Below, piece after piece: positions 40,001 through 49,300 of a stretch of 64,000 nt of DNA. The stretch is from the IMG/VR virus record IMGVR_UViG_3300021424_000003, positions 32,001 to 96,000 of that record; one strand, written 5' to 3'. A program made the position numbers and the translations under genes. The first letter of the stretch is position 1; every line of letters starts with the position of its first letter. The DNA comes from a virus. The notes under the pieces were generated by a model. It saw only the letters and a program-made list of their open reading frames with translations. It made no database searches and was not told the origin of the DNA.

Positions 40001-43000
40001 AACTGTCATGGGGGCAATTGCTGCCATAGCCAGAAGACGCAGAAGAGCGCAAAAGCTCGGAATTAAAGATGACCCAAAGAATAGATACATAGCAGACCTT
40101 GAGCAGCAGCTAGAAAATATATTGATTCCGTTCCTGGAGTTGATGGATAAATCATCACTTTCCGAGACCATAGAAATAGAGGCAACAGAAGGAATACCTG
40201 ATGAGATAATTCAGGAAATACTCAGGGGAGAATTAACTGAGCTAGAGCACAGCCTGTTGACTGGCCGAGTTCCTACGTCGTCTAATCCAGTTGGCCCTGG
40301 AAAGGTAGTAATTCGCGTACCGGAGGGAAGCAAGGGCATTTATCCTGACTGGTCATTTGATAAGGAAAAGGACGACGGGATACAAAGGATAGTCCTTCCA
40401 AGTGGAGATGTCCGTGTTGCAGAAATAAGAGAAGACGGCACCATTGTTCTAGAGGTAGTTTCTCAGAAAGATACAGAAGCAGCCCTGGACGACCTAGTTA
40501 AGAGCGTAGCCCCTGGAGATGGAAGTCCTGATACTAAGGATTGGGCGCAACGCAAGGGCGCAGAAAAGAAGATAAAGAGAGTCGTTGATAAGCACATCAA
40601 CAAGCGGCGTGAAGAAGGGCGGTACTCAGAACCAAGAGTTGCCGAGCCAGAAAAGACACGCATAGAAGACGACAACGATTCCGTATTGGATATATTCGAT
40701 TTTCCTGATGAGCCTTCAGATTCAGACCCATCTCCAGATAAACCAAAGCCGAAGCCCAGCAACCCATCTGGCGGCGGGGGTTCTGCTGGTGAAGAAAAGC
40801 CGTTTTCGTGGGAAGATTTTGGTAAACCAAAACCAAAACCGGAAACTCCAAAGCCAAAGAACAGGCCTTCATATGGCAGGGAAAGAAGAAATTCAACGGC
40901 AGCGATTAATAGAGTTGTCGAAGCCGGTAAGAGAGATAGATTTCCGGGCCCTGGCTCTGTTGCTAGAGATGAACTGCAAAGAATACAGGAACAACTAGAC
41001 GGCACAAGATACACAAATTACAGTTCTTCCGCAAGAAAAGTCACCTCGTTGATGAGGGAAAAGTTTGGTACGGACCAATTATCGGACCTTACTGATGAAC
41101 AGTTAAGCGAACTGATAGATGATGTCAAAAAAATTGCTGATGGTATCACTGGGGACAAGAGGTCGAGAAGCGGAGAAATATCACTAAACCAAAAGCAGTC
41201 AATGAGTAGACTTGCATCTTCGCTGCATGACTTTTTGGACATACGCAGCATGATAAAGAACAATAACTATTCGGACCCATACGAAGGTCCTTCTCGCGGT
41301 TATCTGATTGACTGGGACAACATCCCAGAGATTAAGCCATATATGGGTGGCGGGGACAGAATGTCATCCGGGAAAAAATGGGGCTCTGCTCCTTCCGGCG
41401 AAGTGTTAAACAGGGCGAAAAAGTCATCAAGAACTGACGAGCTAGATGAAATTTTTGGCATGCCTCAAAGCCGGACCGAAAGAATAGGAATGATGCATGA
41501 ACAAAGAAACAGCGTCCTGGCTTCTTTGAGAGACATGCTAGACAGGGTTCCGGGAGCAGAAGAAGAGCTCGGCCTTAACTCCGGCGGAATAGACCCAGTA
41601 GTTCTCGATTTGATTAAAAATTCTTCCGATGAAGAAATTTCTGAAATTCTAAATACGGCTGCCAAGAGGTTCCATTCCCAGATTGACTCAAGACCGAGAG
41701 TCAGGATGCGTACAGAAGAGCTTGACGCATTTGTTGATAATGGTAGATATGGAAGAGAATCAAGATTTAGTTCTGGAGGAAAATCACGCCCAGATATAGC
41801 CGGAGTTGTGCTAAAGGGCGGACTAAAGAAGAGAGCAAAAGACGCAGCCATCAGCAAGGTCATAGAGAGATTCGACCTTAGCGAGGAAGAGCGCGATGTT
41901 GCTGAGATAATTCTTGATACAACCCTAAACCTGAGATATGGGCCACAAGCAGCTCTTACTGGTTTGGCCATAGAACTAGCAAGACGAGGTGGCAGAGAAG
42001 TAGCGGAAAGAACGCTAGACAAGCTTGTAGAGAACGGAAAAATCACTAGAGCTCAAGCTGATTCTGTTCTTTCAAAGATAGGCAGAATTGCTCCAGATGG
42101 ACTGCCGGATAGGGCTGTTGATGCTGCGGTCGACAGCCTAAAGAGGGCAACAGAGAAAGCCAAAGAGCTAGCCGAAAGTGACTCCGTTAGGGCTGCTGGA
42201 GAGAAAGCCAAAGAAGTTGCTGGTGCAGCTGGAGATAAAGCGCGGGATGCCGCCAGTGCGGCGCGCGACAAAACCAGAAGTGTTGTTGGCAGATTGAGCA
42301 GGAGGGCCAAGGGCGACCGCTCGGTGGCAGACATAGAGGCTCTTGATTCACCAGAAACCGCCTTCACAGTTGGCGACGTAATAGATGACCCGTTTGGTTT
42401 ACCCCCATCAGATAGTTCAAGATTCTCATCTGGGGCAACTAGGCGCAAGGTTAAAAATGGTTCTGTAAACAAAGAAACAGAAACTCTAACGACACCAGTT
42501 CTTAGCGATACAACTGATGATGTTTATGGCATTAGAACTCAGAAAAGATTTTCCTACCCGGTACACACAATAGACGGTCAAAAAGTTTCATTTGGTGGCC
42601 CCAAGGAGGGTATTGCTGATGATGTGGAAAGATTACCGATAAACCCATATGCCATAAGTGGTTTAGACAGAACGACAAAAGAAGGTCGCGATATGGCTAG
42701 AAAATGGATTACTGCAAGGGCATATCACAGAGAGTATGGGGATAAAAATACCGAACCAACATACGTAGACGCCCTCCTATATGCGGCATCGCGAGGAGAC
42801 AGCGACGCAGCAAAAGAATTGGATGAACTATCAGAAGCTGGTGAAAAAATAATAGCGAGAATGAAAGGGGAACAAAAAGAATTCCAACTTTCTCGCTTCT
42901 CAGACCAGGCGTCAAGCGCTAGAGCTTTTGGAGCAAAGAAAGAAGACCTATTTTTCGTACATGCCGTACCAGCAAAGTTTGAACCAGAAGAAGACGAAGC

Positions 43001-43634
43001 CGGAAATGTAATAATTCGTCCGCTCGGCGACCATGAGCTAAAGAAGGTGGACGGCACCCCTGGCGAGCACCACAGAGGAACTATTCACTTTGCGGTAAAT
43101 CATTATGTAGGTGGACACGAAGAAAGAACGGGTGGAGCTTCTACGGTAATCATCGTTCCAATGACGGAAATGATTGATTCAAATCCAGACTCTCTTGAAA
43201 ACCTATATCCAATAGATTCGTGGATGGTCCCACCGCCTGGTTCCGGTCTTAAGGTTCCAAAAGGAAAATTTAAAATAGTTAAAACAAATGGAGACAATGG
43301 CGACCAGAAAATAGTTGACGATGCTCTCGTTGAGATGGGGATGAAGCACCCCATAGAGCCGGGAAGGCTAGAAACAAATACTCGTGGAGCCGCTAAAGCG
43401 CTTAATGACATCGCAGCTGAGCTTGGGGCAACCTCCGGGATACACAATGGTGCGAGTGTCTCTTCAATGTACGAGGGGGTTACGTTCGATAATGGCTACC
43501 CTCTTTATATTTCCCTAGAGGAAATTTCCCGGATAAGCCCGAACGGCTCCATAAGAATTGCTGATGGTGATAGATGGACGTCAGCAAAGCCGGCAGATAT
43601 AACAGAGAACACAAGAGGGGGGATTGATTTCTGA
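37050..43634 (+). CDS. ~2200-aa multidomain protein with zincin HExxH, degenerate ART-like segment and three R[FM]SSG motifs
   Basis: Start moved to ATG 37050 to avoid overlap with the upstream gene. HEIAH at 38703 with downstream EIGAE; RCPPG..FTD..C motif near the N-terminus. Confidence 0.75.
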   Translation: MAGTFTHKTRTLVSPRFVSPLAGRKNFIESAQSFRLSIGASSKTLTLDPDYAVKAAMAGGMALPGQTDDKKRENKGGPPGMKHEVDGYRLMPNETAGPGKVLRLFPSFESRNSAKMEPNFGFLPKSKPVSVEEMKRKLAESPLIRMEKYQINPRNGEKIEGSEKLMDPLYFNRELDRDRNPDLDGIEGKSLGDSIGKIARGNSLIGRVAQGIGVVFDELGKMRCPPGTPAANQFTDANGSNCFGVSLPKLVGKLVELAREAAPEGEERRSAKSLQKRIANFIFDFDNSRFGRVSWYDENGKRMGFGEYRKYRDKGGVAEGERWFVNAMVRAEEEFRRQGERVRELQERLGIDSSDAKRATNADLVETIDKLRENGVINTRLKNRDTPDIVEARIRARLEADPTYKSLSREDKEILVKGDIARYYETERASLEAFIDEVIKNPEHIKDVIDSISYVNGRDEDDGAFSIGGIVGGEKLLGNIDLDITHMMGRQESEMPNLKTNERLRIYAEGGKTEAERVAHLHDFLVNSNAFATNMACMVEGPSGIGRHTMKHEIAHSIQAKALHEYVKNMLATGGSIKIGRREITDPSKLTAGDILKIMRGETSVPLDAIKGLQTRGEAVSFLAGRYIWEANPEGTSSRSMEIGAELWALRSLGLIFGDDVDAALEYMDDFAYGKTFSDRAASDADAIRAVADSYYDAGSRIARDRAERVKERYIEAKNDEIKRLKERAKTMSEDDIIDMLLTLNEDLNVMDEALEGSDETADSLWREVADRDAAIRMIHELTKAWAKRFTVLPSREAMERLEELLADKMADRGTLPPDKVKERAEAVFMETIRTDASSMSMDDLVNAFVDAELSRKAEGLSTEERDVLKKMAGIYRDEYIKRRTSGVDSVDREDAVKELKGKLKEKSKPETIGGDESGGFSGTGPKKKKPAKKFDSHNGKNGARTHAISEREKLLEQATAAERDALVEMGDAENDTGKLLDPETVMGAIAAIARRRRRAQKLGIKDDPKNRYIADLEQQLENILIPFLELMDKSSLSETIEIEATEGIPDEIIQEILRGELTELEHSLLTGRVPTSSNPVGPGKVVIRVPEGSKGIYPDWSFDKEKDDGIQRIVLPSGDVRVAEIREDGTIVLEVVSQKDTEAALDDLVKSVAPGDGSPDTKDWAQRKGAEKKIKRVVDKHINKRREEGRYSEPRVAEPEKTRIEDDNDSVLDIFDFPDEPSDSDPSPDKPKPKPSNPSGGGGSAGEEKPFSWEDFGKPKPKPETPKPKNRPSYGRERRNSTAAINRVVEAGKRDRFPGPGSVARDELQRIQEQLDGTRYTNYSSSARKVTSLMREKFGTDQLSDLTDEQLSELIDDVKKIADGITGDKRSRSGEISLNQKQSMSRLASSLHDFLDIRSMIKNNNYSDPYEGPSRGYLIDWDNIPEIKPYMGGGDRMSSGKKWGSAPSGEVLNRAKKSSRTDELDEIFGMPQSRTERIGMMHEQRNSVLASLRDMLDRVPGAEEELGLNSGGIDPVVLDLIKNSSDEEISEILNTAAKRFHSQIDSRPRVRMRTEELDAFVDNGRYGRESRFSSGGKSRPDIAGVVLKGGLKKRAKDAAISKVIERFDLSEEERDVAEIILDTTLNLRYGPQAALTGLAIELARRGGREVAERTLDKLVENGKITRAQADSVLSKIGRIAPDGLPDRAVDAAVDSLKRATEKAKELAESDSVRAAGEKAKEVAGAAGDKARDAASAARDKTRSVVGRLSRRAKGDRSVADIEALDSPETAFTVGDVIDDPFGLPPSDSSRFSSGATRRKVKNGSVNKETETLTTPVLSDTTDDVYGIRTQKRFSYPVHTIDGQKVSFGGPKEGIADDVERLPINPYAISGLDRTTKEGRDMARKWITARAYHREYGDKNTEPTYVDALLYAASRGDSDAAKELDELSEAGEKIIARMKGEQKEFQLSRFSDQASSARAFGAKKEDLFFVHAVPAKFEPEEDEAGNVIIRPLGDHELKKVDGTPGEHHRGTIHFAVNHYVGGHEERTGGASTVIIVPMTEMIDSNPDSLENLYPIDSWMVPPPGSGLKVPKGKFKIVKTNGDNGDQKIVDDALVEMGMKHPIEPGRLETNTRGAAKALNDIAAELGATSGIHNGASVSSMYEGVTFDNGYPLYISLEEISRISPNGSIRIADGDRWTSAKPADITENTRGGIDF

Positions 43635-43834
43635 TGGATAACAAAATACCATCAACCCCAGAAGACGTTCCATTTGGCGACTGGAATCCATTCACAGTGT
43701 CTTCAGAGCCGTCGGGGGCTTCTTCACGGAGACTTGACAGAAGAACAGCATTCAAGAATCCCAAAAAAGAAATTCGCAAAAGGAAAGGAATGGTGGCCAA
43801 AAGGACATCGTTCACTGGTAACAAAGATGACTGA
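43634..43834 (+). CDS. Small hypothetical protein (66 aa)
   Basis: TGATG coupling to the upstream gene and ATGACTGA overlap with the downstream gene. Confidence 0.5.
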   Translation: MDNKIPSTPEDVPFGDWNPFTVSSEPSGASSRRLDRRTAFKNPKKEIRKRKGMVAKRTSFTGNKDD

Positions 43835-44822
43835 GTACATAAGGAAGAGATACGAGTCAAGACTCGGCATACCGGATGGGGCCCCAGACGAACTAAGACC
43901 AGTTATCGGCTATGTGCGCAATAAGTCAAACGACAAAAAAGTTGAGTCGAACGCAAAAAGAGACACCAATCCGTGGAGTACTGCCCCAATAGAAGAGGGG
44001 GATATTTCACCAAATGGTGAAGTCACGCTTCAGGGCGAAATAGAAGTAATACTGAAGCCAGAAATTTCTGGAAGAACAGCCTACATGCGCGGCGACAGCA
44101 TGGAAACTGGCGGAAGACCAGTGGCGATGCGTTCGGAAGATTCTGAAGAAATACTCGACGCCCTAATACATGACGATGGCGCAGACTCTAAGAAGAATAT
44201 GGCTAGAACAATTATCGGACTGCTAAAGGCGTCTATCGACGATGACTTCTCTGGTCTAAATGCCCTCCCCGACAAAGAGGGAAGAATGCCACCGGTAGGC
44301 AAAGATGACCCATCTAAAGACAGAGCGCATGAAACCTACGAAGCACAAATACTTGGCGGCTTCCTTAAAGAAGACGTTCAGGGAATACACTTCCCCTATA
44401 CGAAAGTTTCTCAAATAGCGGAATCATTGGACATATCAGATTTCGCTAATGACAAGTTGTTCATGGACAGGGCAAAGCGTCTAGCCCCATCAATAGAGCC
44501 ATCACTCATAGTTTCGGCCATAACCGAAAAGGGTCCAATAAACACCCCTTCTATGCAGAAGTTGCGTGAATATAGAACAGCCAGAAACGTACGGAAAAAG
44601 TATGAAAAGTCTGGAATTGGCTATATCAAGTTTTCGCACCCGGAGGGTAGAAATATAGAGGACCCTAGAAACTACGACAAAATGGCTAGACCGTCAGACG
44701 ACGTAGAGACAATCATCAAGTCCTTGATAGTCAAGGAGATTGACGACATGATTAAAAGCTCCATATCCAAGGGGTTTGGCTTTGAAGGCAAAGTAAAAAA
44801 ACCAGAAGGGGCTAAGAAATGA
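43827..44822 (+). CDS. DUF3626-like (predicted ART-fold) protein
   Basis: R..E..LG....RPVIGY, GEIEVILKPEI..RTAY.RGDS, YEAQILGG...DV..I pattern recalled from that family; start at ATG 43827. Confidence 0.55.
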   Translation: MTEYIRKRYESRLGIPDGAPDELRPVIGYVRNKSNDKKVESNAKRDTNPWSTAPIEEGDISPNGEVTLQGEIEVILKPEISGRTAYMRGDSMETGGRPVAMRSEDSEEILDALIHDDGADSKKNMARTIIGLLKASIDDDFSGLNALPDKEGRMPPVGKDDPSKDRAHETYEAQILGGFLKEDVQGIHFPYTKVSQIAESLDISDFANDKLFMDRAKRLAPSIEPSLIVSAITEKGPINTPSMQKLREYRTARNVRKKYEKSGIGYIKFSHPEGRNIEDPRNYDKMARPSDDVETIIKSLIVKEIDDMIKSSISKGFGFEGKVKKPEGAKK

Positions 44823-45265
44823 ACAAAGTTTTAGTCGCTTATGTCGGTGATTCAAAGCTCTACTACATAGTCGGCACTAGTCCAGGAGAAAAGGATGGCT
44901 CCCTCGTCGGCAGGGACGGCAAGAGTAAGGATGTAAACGTATTTTCTTACCTATCGAAGACATCGGGGATAACCAAAATCTCTTCCTCCCCTTTTCATAA
45001 GTTCTTCTGGGATGGTGATTCTGACCCAAGGAAACGCGCGATGTGGAAAGAGGTGTTTGTCCTCAAAATAGAAGACATACCAAAAGAGATGCTTGAAGGG
45101 GTAGTCGTATCAGACGGCAAGTCGCAAAAAAGAAAAGCCGTCATAGACAAAAAGGCCGCAGACTTTGCCAACGGGAATATCCGTGTTCTCGTTAATGACA
45201 GACTAATATCGTCTAAAATGATTAAATCAGAAGTTTTACGCTCGGAAAATATGAGGCGGGACTAA
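44819..45265 (+). CDS. Hypothetical protein
   Basis: 148-aa ORF with ATGA overlap. Confidence 0.65.
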   Translation: MNKVLVAYVGDSKLYYIVGTSPGEKDGSLVGRDGKSKDVNVFSYLSKTSGITKISSSPFHKFFWDGDSDPRKRAMWKEVFVLKIEDIPKEMLEGVVVSDGKSQKRKAVIDKKAADFANGNIRVLVNDRLISSKMIKSEVLRSENMRRD

Positions 45266-45904
45266 ATGTCAATAGAATTTGAGAAAAAGGCACCCGGCGA
45301 AGGGGTGCTCCCAGATTTCATCCCGCAGGAGCTCATAACCGGCGACATTCTGAGGGGCTACGGTCCTCGCCGTGGGAATCTAGAGAGACTTCTCCGCTAT
45401 TGGAGACCAATCATGAGAAAACCTGGCGGGTTCCGCAGGTGCAGGGTCATTCTCGCGAACCATCCTGAACTATATCCACTAGAAAGAATTTGCGCCTGGC
45501 TCCACCACGAAACAACTGGACTTTGGCCAAATGAGGGCTGTCACCACCCGGGGATGAAGAATTGTAAAGGCAAACTAAGGAAGAGGAACTGGGGTAATGC
45601 CCAGTTTAATGCCCGTCTAAGGAAGCTCAGGGGCGGCAAAAAGAAGGACGCATTCGGGGAGGAGATGTTCTTTTCCGACTTCTACGAATACAAGAGCGAC
45701 GAAATGCAAAATTACGTTGTAACAGAGGCGGATTTTAAGCATGCCATTTCTGTTCTTCTTGACTTTGTGGAACTTGAACCGGTATTTGTGAAAGAACTAC
45801 GCGATGTTTCTAACTGGGAAATTGAGGCAGAATTAGACAACGGCGAATTTAAAATTCTGCCATTCGATTACGAAATGATTGAAGACTGCTGCGATGAAAA
45901 ATGA
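45266..45904 (+). CDS. Head-region protein with Cys/His domain
   Basis: L.RYW...PGGF.RC...L.....CAWLHH..TG.WP; resembles a motif I recall from actinophage head genes. Confidence 0.6.
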   Translation: MSIEFEKKAPGEGVLPDFIPQELITGDILRGYGPRRGNLERLLRYWRPIMRKPGGFRRCRVILANHPELYPLERICAWLHHETTGLWPNEGCHHPGMKNCKGKLRKRNWGNAQFNARLRKLRGGKKKDAFGEEMFFSDFYEYKSDEMQNYVVTEADFKHAISVLLDFVELEPVFVKELRDVSNWEIEAELDNGEFKILPFDYEMIEDCCDEK

Positions 45905-47927
45905 GGACTTCTCGGAATGTTGCGGAGAAAAGCCTGCAACTATAACAAGATTTATAGTCGCTGACCTTTCGAAAAAGGCACTTAACGTTTTTAAGGACGT
46001 TGCCTCGTCGAATAAGTCAGTAGTCGAATATAAGGCTTCCGTTAACCGGTCTAGCTCAATGCGTTCGTACTCCAGAAAAACTATTACCGCAGAGTCTGGG
46101 ATAGAGACGAAAATTACAGCGCGGCAGGTTGGCCGCTCTATTGTCTCCACAATAATTCCGGGCGACGTTAGCCCAATTCGTTCACCAATCCGCTCCGCAG
46201 TGTGGAGAACAATCACCCCAGGACTACCTGGTGGTGGTGGAGGGGGAACTGTTCCTGGCCGCAATAGGGGGTACAGATGTCCCGAGGGATATCAGTACGG
46301 TGGAAGGTTTACCGACTCAAGACTTTCAACATGCGGCGCAAAGCTATTTGACATACCTTCACCATTGGGGTTGGCGTTATCTGCGGTCAGGAGAGCAATT
46401 CGTGGCCCTGCAGCAATGCCGGGAGTCACTGGTGAAATATTGGGGGGCGCTCCATCTCCAGGGAACATAATAGTTTCACGCGACCCTAATACGGTTATTC
46501 CTAAAGTTTCTGCCTATAACCAAAAAGCGGCGCTCGCCCGTATAAAAGAGATGGTAGAAGGTCTATCTAACCATAGGTCTCGAGCCGCAAGAATGGTTAG
46601 AAGAGATGGTTTTGTTCTTGAGCCAGTAGTGCCAGCAAGAGTTCTTCGCTCCGTCCCGGACAACAGGGATATGGAGGGGGCTACCTATCTCCTATCTGCC
46701 TTTTCCGCCAAGGATTTTGGCAACGACGAAATGGGGCTCCTATCCAACACTGGGATTAGTTCAGTGATGTATGTAATGCCCGGGGGTTCTGTAATTTCCC
46801 TATCTAAAGCCCGTGAATTGACTGTTGGGGAAAGAAGAAAACTGGGCAAAACAATCAAGGTTGCCGAACGCATGATTAATAGCAAAGACCCAGCAGCACG
46901 CCTCAAGTATGTTGCTGATGAAATGGGCGACGGTATTTCCTATTCTGAAAAGTTCGTCGGAATAAAAAATCCAAACGAAATAATAAACGGCAAGCCAAAT
47001 TGGACAAAATACGCATTTGATATGTCCAGGATGAAGTCTCCCAAAAAGGCTCCCAACTTTGAGTCAACGAAAGATACAGATAGTGCGAGGGCTGCCGGTT
47101 CAAAAATAAAATCTGTTGATGAAGCGCTTGAGCATGTAGCAAATGGCGGCTCCCTATCGGATATTGATTCTTCAATACTGGGAACTGTTCTCGCTAAATC
47201 AGACACCATAGCTAAACAGCGAATAGATGCGAAGCAAACAGTTGTAGTGGTAGGCAATAGAAAGTACGTTTTCTATACAAGACCTGACTATAAATTCCAG
47301 CACCTTGCTGAGCGTTTTGCTTCAGACGTACAGCAGCATCTTGGACTCGAGTCTCCAGATGTTCTTTTTGTTGGTAAGGCTGGTGACAGGAGGCAGTACC
47401 TAAGAGAAGATATAGAAACATCTATACCTGGGGCAACATTCAACCCAAATGCAAAAATGTCAGATTTTAAACCGCAAGACGTAGCAAGAATGATGATTTC
47501 TGACATTCTTACAGACCAGCGCGGCAGGCCGATGACTTCAGTTTATGGAGTAACAACAATGGACGGCGAAGTACCGGTCCTTGCGCAGAACTTCACTTCC
47601 GGTCTCGTTGACTTAAGCAAAATAGAAATTACAAAACGCATGAAGCTAGGAATAGCTGGTCTTTATGGCGTAGAGGGCACAGTTGACTACTCTAAATACT
47701 ATAAAGAACTAAAAATAGAGCAACAAATAGTCTTCAGAAAATTCCTTGATTCGCTCATCAGGAGAGCAAGAGAGTTTGAAGTAAGAGAACTAAGGAGAAA
47801 ACTAAATATCGGGGGCCTATCGGACGGGGAGAAACAGCATCTTGAGATAATCGGAAAAATATACGCTATAAGACTCGATTTATTGACCTCGAGCAAGCGC
47901 TCAATTATTGATTATTTGCGAGGATAA
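45894..47927 (+). CDS. Multidomain head-region protein with RCPxG motif and possible degenerate JAB-like and kinase-like regions
   Basis: RCPEGYQYGGRFTDSRLSTC; AERFASDVQQHLGLESPDV...ISDILTDQRGR. Confidence 0.55.
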   Translation: MKNEDFSECCGEKPATITRFIVADLSKKALNVFKDVASSNKSVVEYKASVNRSSSMRSYSRKTITAESGIETKITARQVGRSIVSTIIPGDVSPIRSPIRSAVWRTITPGLPGGGGGGTVPGRNRGYRCPEGYQYGGRFTDSRLSTCGAKLFDIPSPLGLALSAVRRAIRGPAAMPGVTGEILGGAPSPGNIIVSRDPNTVIPKVSAYNQKAALARIKEMVEGLSNHRSRAARMVRRDGFVLEPVVPARVLRSVPDNRDMEGATYLLSAFSAKDFGNDEMGLLSNTGISSVMYVMPGGSVISLSKARELTVGERRKLGKTIKVAERMINSKDPAARLKYVADEMGDGISYSEKFVGIKNPNEIINGKPNWTKYAFDMSRMKSPKKAPNFESTKDTDSARAAGSKIKSVDEALEHVANGGSLSDIDSSILGTVLAKSDTIAKQRIDAKQTVVVVGNRKYVFYTRPDYKFQHLAERFASDVQQHLGLESPDVLFVGKAGDRRQYLREDIETSIPGATFNPNAKMSDFKPQDVARMMISDILTDQRGRPMTSVYGVTTMDGEVPVLAQNFTSGLVDLSKIEITKRMKLGIAGLYGVEGTVDYSKYYKELKIEQQIVFRKFLDSLIRRAREFEVRELRRKLNIGGLSDGEKQHLEIIGKIYAIRLDLLTSSKRSIIDYLRG

Positions 47928-47930
47928 ATT

Positions 47931-48662
47931 ATGAAACTTTTCTCACTTATTTATGACCCGATAACATCGTCGCCATTCGCAGTAATGATTAAGTCGTCAC
48001 CAAACGATGAATCAATACTTGCGATAACAGATAGAGCTAAAGAGACATATTTTTCCTATGGTTACTCTTTTGTTCCAGAGGGAATGGTAAAGACTCCATA
48101 TGGACCGCTAACGGCGAAAGCTCAAGAAAAAGTCTCATCCATGATTGCCGGCGATGATTTTTTTCCCCTTTCGGAAATTAGAGAAATGCTAAGTCCCACA
48201 TATGTGTATGTTGGTAGAAAAATGACGAACATTACAGCGAACGAGAAATCGGTGAACTTCAAAAGGAATAGTCATGGATTCTCGCAGGGCAGCCTCGATT
48301 ATAGAACTACGCTATTTATCACTCATAGCAAGCAAATTTCAGCATTGTCACACATGAAAGCGTCGCATGTGTTCTTCGACCCCATAACAAATAGGCCTTC
48401 TGTTTTACCAAACGATGCTGGCTATGGATATGAAGGAGAGAGAATAGAGACATCGGTTGGTCGGTCTTCTGCAAGAAGAATGGGGCTCGCATCAAAGAAT
48501 TACCTGCCAGTCCCATACTCAACAAATAGCCGCATAAATCGAAGGGTAAAAAGTCTCATAGGTGTCGATTACGTCGTCGGACAGGGAAAATCGATACAGG
48601 CGAGAATCTTTGAATCAAAAATCGAATACTCCAGACGTAGGGGCAGAAATGGCCAGGGATAA
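47931..48662 (+). CDS. Hypothetical protein
   Basis: 243-aa ORF in the head operon. Confidence 0.6.
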   Translation: MKLFSLIYDPITSSPFAVMIKSSPNDESILAITDRAKETYFSYGYSFVPEGMVKTPYGPLTAKAQEKVSSMIAGDDFFPLSEIREMLSPTYVYVGRKMTNITANEKSVNFKRNSHGFSQGSLDYRTTLFITHSKQISALSHMKASHVFFDPITNRPSVLPNDAGYGYEGERIETSVGRSSARRMGLASKNYLPVPYSTNSRINRRVKSLIGVDYVVGQGKSIQARIFESKIEYSRRRGRNGQG

Positions 48663-49299
48663 GAACAAGAAGAAAAGAGTCCTTTCTGGCGATTTAGCTA
48701 AAAAGGAAGCAATCAGAATGGCCGAAATACTCGGATGTTCTGGAATTCATCAGGACAAAAATGGAAACTGGGTGCCGTGCTCTTCTCATGAGGAATTACA
48801 GAAAATTTCTAACGCTGCTGAGTCTGACGAGACTTTCAAGGAAAACAAGGACTCGGGATACGGCGGAAAATCCGAAAAACCAAAAAGATTCAGAAGAGGC
48901 AAAAAAGCAAGAAGAAGAGGTGACGACTGGGAGAACCTTGAGGAAAGGGGTCCAATATCAATTGACACGCTTCCCGGCGGGGGCCTTGTTTCCGGGGGCC
49001 TTGTCAGCAAGGCGGAATCTCGCAAGGGGCCGGAATATGTTAGAGACAACGACCCAGACGTATTTGTGGACCCGGAGTCGGCTAAATTCCGCTCGAGACA
49101 GCTTGGGTGTATAGGGATAAGCAGAAGAATATCCAAAACAGGCAGAGCAGTATGGATGCCATGCAGCAACATGAGCGACTATGCCCGTGTCGCAGGCTCA
49201 ACTTCGTTGGGCAGGAGGGGAAGAGTGGCGGAATTTGAGCGTTCCGTGAGAACAATAGTCTCGCGAGAACTAGATAAGCGTAAGAAAAAAAATCGCTAA
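48649..49299 (+). CDS. Protein with two LGCxG...W[VM]PC repeats (DUF3721-like)
   Basis: AEILGCSGIH...WVPCSSH and RQLGCIGIS...WMPCSNM. Confidence 0.6.
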   Translation: MARDKNKKKRVLSGDLAKKEAIRMAEILGCSGIHQDKNGNWVPCSSHEELQKISNAAESDETFKENKDSGYGGKSEKPKRFRRGKKARRRGDDWENLEERGPISIDTLPGGGLVSGGLVSKAESRKGPEYVRDNDPDVFVDPESAKFRSRQLGCIGISRRISKTGRAVWMPCSNMSDYARVAGSTSLGRRGRVAEFERSVRTIVSRELDKRKKKNR

Positions 49300-49300
49300 A

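Noticed and set aside
43674-43826. 5' extension of the 382-aa ORF, or a frameshift joining the 43634 and 43827 ORFs
   Set aside because: TGATG and ATGACTGA overlaps explain both as normally coupled genes; no slippery site needed.
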